Part shown: positions 27,374 through 35,351 of the stretch, piece after piece | How the letters are laid out: each line of letters opens with the position of its first letter | How positions within the stretch are numbered: position 1 is the stretch's first letter | Assembly (NCBI GenBank): GCA_003648225.1 | Contig: QMOL01000001.1 | Location: 1 to 36,611, forward strand | Length of the DNA stretch: 36,611 bases | From: Chlamydiota bacterium | GTDB lineage: Bacteria > Auribacterota > UBA3054 > B51-G9 | Reading direction: 5' to 3' | Translations under genes and position numbers: made by a program | Notes under the pieces: generated by a model | The model's database searches: none | What the model was told of the DNA's origin: nothing | What the model saw: only the letters and a program-made list of their open reading frames with translations

Positions 27374-28234
27374 ATGAAAAAGAAAAGAGCTACATTACCA
27401 AGAATAAGAATTCCCGCTAAAGCATCTATTGATAAAACTCACGATTTGCTGAAATCGTTGAATCTTCATACAGTTTGTCAGGAAGCCGGCTGTCCGAACA
27501 GATGGGAATGCTTTAGCGACAACACCGCCACATTTCTAATCCTCGGAAATATATGCACACGCAACTGTAAATTTTGCGGTGTGACTACCGGAGTGCCTTT
27601 GCCGCCAGACTTAGATGAACCCGAGCGGGTTGCCGAAGCGGCATCAAAACTCGGATTAAAATATGTTGTTGTTACAACTGTCACGCGTGATGATTTGCCC
27701 GATGGCGGCGCGGAACAATTTGCAAAGATAATCCGTGCGATAAGAAGAAAAATTCCTGACGCGGGAATTGAAGTTCTTACTTCTGATTTCGATGGAAATA
27801 TTGAAGCTTTGGAAAAGGTCCTTTCCGAAAAGCCATCTGTTTTTAATCATAATGTTGAAACTGTTGAGAGATTAACTCCGCAATTGAGAAGCAGAGCTTC
27901 ATACTTGAGATCACTTGCGGTGCTTGATCACGCCGCAAAATTCTCACCTGATATTCCGACTAAAAGCGGTTTAATGGTCGGCGTCGGCGAAACAGCAGAT
28001 GAAGTTAAAAAAACTTTACAGGATTTAAGAAAAGTTAATTGTAAAATAATAACTATCGGACAATATCTCGCGCCCTCTGAAAATCATTTTCAAGTTCAAG
28101 AATTTGTTGATGAAAAAACTTTTGAACTTTATAAAAATATTGCAGAAAATATCGGCTTTTCAGCTGTCGCTTCCGGCGCGCTTGTTCGCAGTTCATATCA
28201 CGCGTCACAATGCTATGAAAAAGCGGTTAATTAA
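27374..28234 (+). CDS. lipA: Lipoyl synthase
   Basis: CQEAGCPNRWEC (CX4CX5C), CTRNCKFC (radical SAM), RDDLPDGGA, HNVETV and RSSYHA. Confidence 0.97.
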   Translation: MKKKRATLPRIRIPAKASIDKTHDLLKSLNLHTVCQEAGCPNRWECFSDNTATFLILGNICTRNCKFCGVTTGVPLPPDLDEPERVAEAASKLGLKYVVVTTVTRDDLPDGGAEQFAKIIRAIRRKIPDAGIEVLTSDFDGNIEALEKVLSEKPSVFNHNVETVERLTPQLRSRASYLRSLAVLDHAAKFSPDIPTKSGLMVGVGETADEVKKTLQDLRKVNCKIITIGQYLAPSENHFQVQEFVDEKTFELYKNIAENIGFSAVASGALVRSSYHASQCYEKAVN

Positions 28235-28303
28235 TCCAATTGAATATCCAAGAACCAACACGGAACACCCAATTATGAAGTTAATCCAACAATCCAACAA
28301 GCC

Positions 28304-28642
28304 ATGAATGATACATCTTCTTCCTCCCATCTCGCCGTTATGTTTGTCGGCGGACTTGATGACTGCAAATACACAATAGAAATTCTTGACAAGCTCGGAT
28401 TTCCAAGCGCGTTGGACGTTGCGGAAAAGATGGGGCAGCAATATGCAAACCGAGGCTACTATATCGTGACTATGCCGGAAGAAAACGCGGAACAGGCAAA
28501 ACGACTTATGGAACAGAAAATCCGTGAAGATCTTGAAATCAACAATTCCCCTGAAGAATTTGAAAATAAATGTCCGGCATGCGGTGCCGAATTATCGGCT
28601 GACCACACTGAATGTCCTGACTGCGGGTTAAATTTTGGATAA
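28304..28642 (+). CDS. Small hypothetical protein with C-terminal zinc ribbon
   Basis: CPACG-x8-CPDCG at the C-terminus, acidic N-terminal domain. Confidence 0.75.
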   Translation: MNDTSSSSHLAVMFVGGLDDCKYTIEILDKLGFPSALDVAEKMGQQYANRGYYIVTMPEENAEQAKRLMEQKIREDLEINNSPEEFENKCPACGAELSADHTECPDCGLNFG

Positions 28643-28647
28643 AATTT

Positions 28648-30009
28648 ATGAAAACTACAAAAATTATCAGAATATTTTTAATAATTCTGATCTTAATAAT
28701 CTTAGCAGTTAAAGCATTTAAAACACTTAAACTTCGCTCTGAAGCAAAACCGGAGAGAAATTTACCTGATAAAAAATATCTCGTATTTGAAATGACTAAT
28801 GTTGCTGATCTTGAACCCGCAATTAAAAAATTAGTCAAAATCCTCGATCCAAATAACAATCGCTCAAAACGAATGTTCGGCTTCGGCGTTAATTGTATTC
28901 CTTTGCTGTCCCGCTCAATTTCTAATTTGCAAAACAAAATAAATAACGGATTTGACCTTGCCGAAAAATATGACGTTCCTGTCTTTTTTCATATTGATCC
29001 AATGTATGGTTTCGGTTCAATACCGCAACCTTTAAAAGAAAAAGCTCCGGAAATTGAATATTGGAAACATCCCAAAATGTGCGAATGGGTGAATTTCCCG
29101 ACTAACGGACAATCTCACGGTAAAGTTCCGCGTTCATGGATTAATTGGGGAAGTTGGCTTGTTACCGCGTCTGCGAATCCATGTTTTGAGTCACCTCATT
29201 TTAAAAAATTTGTGACGGCGCAACTAAAAAACGGCATTGCAAAAGTTATTACAAAACGTTTGAAAAAATTAAGAAAAGAAAAGAAAGAGTATTTGTTTAT
29301 AGGATTGAATATCGGCTGGGAAACTCACCTTATTAACAATCGGAAATGCTTAACCGAAAAACAATCCATCGTTTGTATGTATGATACAAACATGGTGATG
29401 CAAAAATGGGAAACGGCACAATCGGGTTACGCGGCACTGCATTACAAAGGATGGAACGAAAAAAAATTAATTGCCGAAGCAAAAAAACAGAACATTTCGA
29501 AAGAAAAATTGTTTTATGATTTTTGCGGACAAATTGTTCATGATTATCTTGAACTTCTCGCTAAAAGCGCTTATGAAGCCGGACTCCCGACCGATAAGAT
29601 TTACACGCATATTGTTGCCGTTCAATCGGTTGAAACAAATACTGTAAATACAGATTTTCCACCAATATGGGCGGCGGTAAACGATTACAGCATACCAGGG
29701 TTTACACTTTGCAACGAAAGCGGAGCAACTTATGACATTAAAGAATTAAAAAAACTAATTAAGAACGCTGACCCAAAGAAAGATAAATTTGCAGCAATTG
29801 AAACATATCTTTCGCATCACAAAACGGAAAAAAGGTTTACTGATTATATGAATGAAGTTTTTCAAGAAGACAATCCAATAATGGTAATCTACGGCGCACT
29901 ACAAAACGATAACCATGGAATAAATCCTAAACCCGCGAACGAGACAAAAGCGATCATTAATTGGTTAAGGCCACCCGCAAAGCGGTATGAAATGACAGGG
30001 AAACAATAA
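28648..30009 (+). CDS. Membrane-anchored hypothetical protein, possible TIM-barrel glycoside hydrolase
   Basis: N-terminal TM/signal. IGLNIGWET and FAAIETY resemble clan GH-A acid/base and nucleophile strands. Confidence 0.55.
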   Translation: MKTTKIIRIFLIILILIILAVKAFKTLKLRSEAKPERNLPDKKYLVFEMTNVADLEPAIKKLVKILDPNNNRSKRMFGFGVNCIPLLSRSISNLQNKINNGFDLAEKYDVPVFFHIDPMYGFGSIPQPLKEKAPEIEYWKHPKMCEWVNFPTNGQSHGKVPRSWINWGSWLVTASANPCFESPHFKKFVTAQLKNGIAKVITKRLKKLRKEKKEYLFIGLNIGWETHLINNRKCLTEKQSIVCMYDTNMVMQKWETAQSGYAALHYKGWNEKKLIAEAKKQNISKEKLFYDFCGQIVHDYLELLAKSAYEAGLPTDKIYTHIVAVQSVETNTVNTDFPPIWAAVNDYSIPGFTLCNESGATYDIKELKKLIKNADPKKDKFAAIETYLSHHKTEKRFTDYMNEVFQEDNPIMVIYGALQNDNHGINPKPANETKAIINWLRPPAKRYEMTGKQ

Positions 30010-30074
30010 TAAGTGTTAAAAATGCGATATAATTTCCCGTTATATTCTTTCGGGGAATTTAAATCTTAGTGGAC

Positions 30075-31259
30075 TCATCTCAAAATATTTCTTGCCATCA
30101 TACCAAAATTTGAAAAAACATATTTGTGCACCCGTTCTCCGTTAAACATATATCGCCGCTCAACTCTATCGGAAATCAAAGTGAATATTTCATAAGGAAT
30201 TGTGTTCATTTTCTCGGCAACATCCTGAACAGTAATTTTGTTTAGTCCCTGTTTTCCCATTAAAACCACTTCATCGCCGACACTAATACTGTTATGGAGA
30301 CCTATGTCAACTGTGGTCTGATCCATGCTTATTCTTCCTACGACAGGATATTTGTCGCCGCGAATTAAAACCTGCGCTTTATTACTCAATGCGCGTAAGA
30401 AACCGTCACCATAACCAACTTCTATGGTCGCCATTTTCGTTCGTTTATCTGCTATAAAAGTTGAGCCATAACCGATTGACTGACCCGGAAAAACTTCTTT
30501 AATAAAAGTAACACTTGTTTTCCATGTCAGCATAGATTTTGTGCGAACACCTTTTCTAACCTTCCCATCAACCGGCGGAAGTCCTCCGTAAAGTAAAATT
30601 CCCGGGCGCACCATATCAAAGTCTGAGTGAGCGATATTTAAAAGTCCTCCACTATTTGAAATATGTTTTAATGGAATATTAACATCTCTTTCCCTCAGAA
30701 ATTTACTCACTCGTTTAAATCTGTCAATCTGGCCTATAGCGCTGCGAATATCATCTTCATCAGCGCCGGCGTAATGACTCATCAAGCCTTCGATTTCGAG
30801 GTTAGTCAATTGAGTTGTTTTAAAAATATCATTAAGGTTTTTTTCTGAATTAAAACCGATTCTTCCCATTCCGGTGTCAATTTTAATATGACATTTAAGT
30901 TTTACATGCATCGCGCGAGCAGATTCATTTAACTTTAACGCGTTTTCTAAATCAACTATTATCGGTGTAATTTCATGAATAGATAACGCTTTAACATCGC
31001 TTGCCTCACACGGACCGAGAACTAAGATCCTTGCTTCAGGTACATACGATTTAATTTCCAACGCTTCTCTTAATGTCGCAAGGCCAAGCCAGTCAATTCC
31101 AAATTCATGTGCCGCTTTTGCCATTGGCTCAAGCCCGTGCCCGTAAGCGTTTGCTTTCAGAGGCAGTAAAAGTTTACAGTTATGCGGAATATTTTCGCGA
31201 ATAATATTAATATTTTCGCGCAAATTATTTAGATTTATTTCTACCCAGGAGTAATACAT
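30075..31259 (-). CDS. alr: Alanine racemase
   Basis: LKANAYGHG (PLP Lys), HIKIDTGMGRIG, HISNSG, VRPGI, SIGYG, GYGDG, GRISMDQ and TIPYE. Confidence 0.96.
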   Translation of the reverse strand: MYYSWVEINLNNLRENINIIRENIPHNCKLLLPLKANAYGHGLEPMAKAAHEFGIDWLGLATLREALEIKSYVPEARILVLGPCEASDVKALSIHEITPIIVDLENALKLNESARAMHVKLKCHIKIDTGMGRIGFNSEKNLNDIFKTTQLTNLEIEGLMSHYAGADEDDIRSAIGQIDRFKRVSKFLRERDVNIPLKHISNSGGLLNIAHSDFDMVRPGILLYGGLPPVDGKVRKGVRTKSMLTWKTSVTFIKEVFPGQSIGYGSTFIADKRTKMATIEVGYGDGFLRALSNKAQVLIRGDKYPVVGRISMDQTTVDIGLHNSISVGDEVVLMGKQGLNKITVQDVAEKMNTIPYEIFTLISDRVERRYMFNGERVHKYVFSNFGMMARNILR

Positions 31260-31260
31260 T

Positions 31261-31570
31261 TTAGATTAGTGGATTAGTGGATTAGTAGAAAAATTAAATA
31301 CTCAATAATCAATACACCACAGGCGCACTTTTAAAGCAGAAATGAGCAACGTAAAAGTAAAAAAGTGATTTCTTAACTTGAATATTGAAAATTTCTTGTT
31401 GAATATTGAATATTGTATTCGATGTTTTAATTTCTAATTGCTCTAATTTCTAAGGAAATCCCAATAATCCAATAAGAAGCAATGAACAAATTGGTTTTTT
31501 CTTACTTTGATTCTTTTTTAGGTCAATTAAAAATTAGGTTAATTAAGTTAATTAGGTCAATTAGATCAAC
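31261..31570. repeat. Mosaic of 7-9-bp tandem repeats between alr and mpg
   Basis: GATTAGT(G/A) x3, TTGAATA units, CCAATAAT x2 and TTA(G/A)(G/A)T(C/T)AA x4-5. Confidence 0.75.
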
Positions 31571-32153
31571 TCGGTTTCCCCGACACATATTTATTCCCAG
31601 GAATATAATATCGCCCTTTTATTTCCGTGCCCGCACGTATTCCTATTCTTTTACTTTTTTTATAGAGTGGCGGCGGTAATTCATCATCAACAATAATTAA
31701 CGGTTTTTTTAATAATGACTTTCCATTCTGGTCTCCCGTAATTCCGAACGCTACGCACAGTTTTGCGGGTCCATTCGTCAAATCAACATCTTTTTTTACT
31801 TTGCGCCTTTGCCGCATTATTTCTATCCCGCCAACCGGTTCAACCGCTCTTATGAGTACTGCAGACGCTTTACCTTTTTCTTCAGTCACCACGTTAACGA
31901 GCCAATGATTACCGTAGCAGAAATAGACATAAATAGTTCCCGGTTTGCCAAACATGGGAGCATTTCTTTTTGTTTTCCCACGTGCAGCATGATTAGCGGG
32001 GTCATTTTCCGAGAAATATGCTTCAGTTTCAACTATTCGACCACTACAGCAAATTCCGTTGTGACAATGAATTAAAATCTTCCCGAGCAAGTCCCGGGCA
32101 ACTATATCCGGTGATCGGTCATAAAATTTTTCAGTCAGAGTTTTATTTCTCAT
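31566..32153 (-). CDS. mpg: DNA-3-methyladenine glycosylase (MPG/AAG family)
   Basis: VARDLLGK, GRIVETEAY, YVYFCYG, AVLIRA.EP, TNGPAKLC and RIGI. Confidence 0.95.
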   Translation of the reverse strand: MRNKTLTEKFYDRSPDIVARDLLGKILIHCHNGICCSGRIVETEAYFSENDPANHAARGKTKRNAPMFGKPGTIYVYFCYGNHWLVNVVTEEKGKASAVLIRAVEPVGGIEIMRQRRKVKKDVDLTNGPAKLCVAFGITGDQNGKSLLKKPLIIVDDELPPPLYKKSKRIGIRAGTEIKGRYYIPGNKYVSGKPS

Positions 32154-32190
32154 ATAAAATTATAGCTATAATCGGAAAATTCTTCAACTA

Positions 32191-32219
32191 TTGACAATAA
32201 CAGCCGTTTTTTTTATACT
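32191..32219 (+). promoter_or_regulatory. Sigma-70 promoter
   Basis: TTGACA-N17-TATACT, 38 nt before ATG 32258. Confidence 0.7.
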
Positions 32220-32257
32220 TTTACAATAAAATTTATAATAAATAATAATAATAGATT

Positions 32258-33124
32258 ATGGAAAATCCAACTGTAAACATTAATAATATAGCTGAACTTA
32301 ATTCAGTAATCGAAAAAGCCGGAAAAGAAACTCTGCTCATTATCGATTTCTGGGCGCCGTGGTGCCAACCGTGCAAATCGCTGGGACCTGTCCTCGAGGC
32401 AGCGGTAAAAAAGCACGTGCCAAAAGTTCAGCTTGTAAAAATTGACATTGATCAAAACAAATCTCTCGCGGCACAGTTTAAAATACAAAGTATTCCAGCG
32501 GTAAAATTTGTTCTTGACGGAAAGATTGTCGCTGATTTCGTCGGCGCGCAACCTGCGTCAATTATTGAACAGTACATTTCAAAATTATTACCCGAAGCTG
32601 TTGAAGAACAAAACAAACTTAAACTTGCTGAAGATGAATTAAAAGCGGGTAATTATAAAAAGGCGGAAGAAATATTTTCAGAAGTATTGCTGAATGATCC
32701 GGAATCGTCGGAAGCACATCTTGGTTTGACAAAATGTTATTTTGTTAATAAAGATGTTGAAAAAGCGCGGGAACATTTTGAGAAAATTAATGACCCTAAA
32801 TTTCTTAAGGAAAAAGAAGATTTAGAAAATTTAATTTTTATTCTTGAAGAATGCGAAAAGAGTAGTGGTAAAGATATTACAGCAAAAAAAGCAATGGAGA
32901 ATCCAGCGGATTTAGAAGCTAATTTCAAATGGGCATGCTGCCTCGCGACTGATGGAGATTATACCGCGGCATTTGAAGCTCTGCTCACAATAATATCGCG
33001 GGACAGGAAATTTCGCAAAGATAGTCCACGGAAAATATTAATTTCGTTATTTAATTTACTTGGAGATAAAAATCCACTTGTAACTGAATATCGACAACGC
33101 CTCGCGAAAACATTATATATTTAA
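32258..33124 (+). CDS. Thioredoxin-TPR chaperedoxin (YbbN/CnoX family)
   Basis: DFWAPWCQPC thioredoxin domain followed by TPR helices and the LVTEYRQRLAKTLY C-terminus. Confidence 0.9.
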   Translation: MENPTVNINNIAELNSVIEKAGKETLLIIDFWAPWCQPCKSLGPVLEAAVKKHVPKVQLVKIDIDQNKSLAAQFKIQSIPAVKFVLDGKIVADFVGAQPASIIEQYISKLLPEAVEEQNKLKLAEDELKAGNYKKAEEIFSEVLLNDPESSEAHLGLTKCYFVNKDVEKAREHFEKINDPKFLKEKEDLENLIFILEECEKSSGKDITAKKAMENPADLEANFKWACCLATDGDYTAAFEALLTIISRDRKFRKDSPRKILISLFNLLGDKNPLVTEYRQRLAKTLYI

Positions 33125-33252
33125 TTAGAATCTCATATCCAAAATGTAGAAAATTCAATTTGGCCCGATCGTTCAGGAGAAATTTATCCAGGCGGAACCA
33201 ACGAATAAAATTAACTGTCCCGACAAACGAATAACATAACAAAAAAATCAAA

Positions 33253-34914
33253 ATGAAACAAGTATCAACATTAAGAAAAGTAAGGATAAAATATCAGCCT
33301 AAGTTACCGCCTGTTTTTGCTAAGAGCGGAATGAAAATCAGCATTGTTCCCGGTAAAAAAACTACTGCCGCAAGTAATGCCGCACAAATTAAAAAATTAT
33401 TTAAAAATATTTATGGCGCGCCGACGGTAACATTCAAAGCAGACAAGAAAGCTGAACATCCCGTTAAAAATGTCGGTGTAATTCTTTCCGGCGGACAAGC
33501 TCCCGGCGGGCATAATGTTATTGCCGGAATATTTGACGCGCTAAAAGCCGCGAACAAAAAAAATAAGCTTTATGGATTTCTCGGTGGGCCATCTGGACTT
33601 ACCAATAACGATTATATTGAACTAACCCCGAAAATAATGAACGATTATCGAAATTCCGGTGGTTTTGATATTATCGGTAGTGGAAGAACAAAACTTGAAA
33701 CAAAAGAACAGTTTGATGAAACACGCAAGAATCTTGATGAACTTAAAATCAGCGCTGTCGTAGTTATAGGCGGAGATGATTCTAATACAAACGCGGCTTT
33801 GCTTGCTGAATATTTCGCAGCGGAAAAAGCAGGCATTCAGATTATCGGCGTTCCAAAAACAATCGATGGCGACCTGAAAAATAATCAGATAGAAACTTCC
33901 TTCGGTTTTGATACCGCTTCGAAATGCTATAGTGAACTTGTAGGCAATATATGCCGTGACGTTAATTCAGCAAAAAAATACTGGCACTTCATCAAACTGA
34001 TGGGAAGGAGTGCGAGTCATATCGCTTTAGAAGTTGCATTACAAACCCAGCCGAACATAACGATTATTTCTGAAGAGGTTGCTGCTAAAAAGAAAACGCT
34101 GAAACAAGTCGTTAGCGAAATAGTTAATATAATTGTCAAGCGGTCAAAAAAAGGTAAAGATTTCGGAGTGATTCTTATTCCGGAAGGATTGATTGAATTT
34201 ATTCCTGAAGTTAAAAAACTTATTGGTGAACTTAATGATTTGCTCGCTAAAGAAGAGAAATATTTTAAGACATTAGAATCTGCAGATGAACGGGCACAAT
34301 TTATAAACAGAAAACTTACTCAGAAAACTTCACAACTTTACTCTTCTTTGCCGTGGACAATACAGCAGCAGTTGATAATGGATCGCGATCCTCACGGCAA
34401 TGTTCAGGTTTCCAGAATTGAAACTGAAAAACTGCTTATCGAATTAGTGGAAGAATGGCTGACTCAGCTTAAATTAAAAGAAAAATACAAAGGAAATTTT
34501 TCCGCGCAAAATCATTTCTTCGGGTATGAAGGCAGATGCGCTGCACCGTCAAATTTTGACGCTGATTATTGTTATTCACTCGGATTTGGTGCCGCAGCGC
34601 TAATCCAGGCGGGTCTTACAGGTTATATGTCAAGTGTAAAAAATCTAGATAAATCCGCAACAAAATGGATCGCTGGTGGTGTTCCGCTGACTATGATGAT
34701 GAACATGGAACGCCGTCACGGCAAAGCGAAACCGGTTATTAAAAAAGCTCTTGTTGAGCTTAAAGGTAATCCATACAAAAAACTTATCAAAAATAAAAAA
34801 GAATGGGCGGAAACAGAAAATTATCTCGATGCGGGACCAATTCAGTATTTTGGACCGCCGAGTGTGTGCGACCAACCGACAGAAACATTAAAACTTGAGA
34901 AAAAGAGAAAATAA
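33253..34914 (+). CDS. pfp: Pyrophosphate-dependent phosphofructokinase (long clade)
   Basis: LSGGQAPGGHNV, GGDDSNT, PKTIDGD, MGRSASH, DPHGNVQVS, GYEGRC and GPIQYFGP. Confidence 0.96.
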   Translation: MKQVSTLRKVRIKYQPKLPPVFAKSGMKISIVPGKKTTAASNAAQIKKLFKNIYGAPTVTFKADKKAEHPVKNVGVILSGGQAPGGHNVIAGIFDALKAANKKNKLYGFLGGPSGLTNNDYIELTPKIMNDYRNSGGFDIIGSGRTKLETKEQFDETRKNLDELKISAVVVIGGDDSNTNAALLAEYFAAEKAGIQIIGVPKTIDGDLKNNQIETSFGFDTASKCYSELVGNICRDVNSAKKYWHFIKLMGRSASHIALEVALQTQPNITIISEEVAAKKKTLKQVVSEIVNIIVKRSKKGKDFGVILIPEGLIEFIPEVKKLIGELNDLLAKEEKYFKTLESADERAQFINRKLTQKTSQLYSSLPWTIQQQLIMDRDPHGNVQVSRIETEKLLIELVEEWLTQLKLKEKYKGNFSAQNHFFGYEGRCAAPSNFDADYCYSLGFGAAALIQAGLTGYMSSVKNLDKSATKWIAGGVPLTMMMNMERRHGKAKPVIKKALVELKGNPYKKLIKNKKEWAETENYLDAGPIQYFGPPSVCDQPTETLKLEKKRK

Positions 34915-34938
34915 TAATTTTTTATTTTCAAAATATAT

Positions 34939-34971
34939 AAAAAAGCCCCGATAAAAATCGGGGCTTTTTTT
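34939..34971. terminator. Bidirectional-type intrinsic terminator
   Basis: AAAAAAGCCCCGAT-aaaa-ATCGGGGCTTTTTTT. Confidence 0.9.
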
Positions 34972-35057
34972 CAGAAAACACCCAATTCTTTTTTACATCG
35001 GCGAACGTTTATGTTCGCGAACTTACAAACGTTACTTTTCACACAATTAAATGTTTT

Positions 35058-35211
35058 CCCTGTTCGCGCAGCGGGTCGAAGATGCGCTTTGGAATAAGCT
35101 AAGCGTAACGTCTTTTTTGTTTTTCGAATATTATGCATTCTGCAGTCGCCCTCGCTGAGGTAGGAATTAATTCCGCCTATACGGATCTTCGACCGCAGCC
35201 GATGGCAGCGG
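35058..35211. ncRNA. Candidate structured non-coding RNA, family unassigned
   Basis: GC-rich island closed by a long terminal stem containing a perfect 10-bp pair (GGTCGAAGAT 35074-83 / ATCTTCGACC 35185-94) and enclosing several small hairpins. Confidence 0.5.
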
Positions 35212-35280
35212 CTACAATATATTTCCATATTTTAATCAACGTTTCTTAGTCGGATTATAAAAACCGGGTGTCTATATATA

Positions 35281-35309
35281 TTGACACAAATTATAAATAA
35301 TAGTACAAT
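35281..35309 (+). promoter_or_regulatory. Sigma-70 promoter
   Basis: TTGACA-N17-TACAAT, 42 nt before ATG 35352. Confidence 0.7.
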
Positions 35310-35351
35310 AAGTTAGTAAAGTTTAATTTTTAACATCTATCATTTGCTATC

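Noticed and set aside
27238..27420. 60-aa ORF with FCP/FGP repeats
   Set aside because: It is only the translation of the 9-bp tandem repeat and overlaps lipA.
33162..33200. GGCCCGATCGTTCAGG, resembling a tRNA 5' end
   Set aside because: No anticodon arm, TTCGA T-loop or acceptor-stem complement follows.
35090..35140. Minus-strand TACGCTTAGCT, resembling a tmRNA tag reading frame
   Set aside because: No GGGG 5' end, T-arm or CCA 3' end, and the tag frame does not end properly.
34971..35228. 85-aa minus-strand ORF
   Set aside because: No RBS or recognisable family, and it overlaps the stem-rich island, which RNA structure explains better. Not fully excluded.
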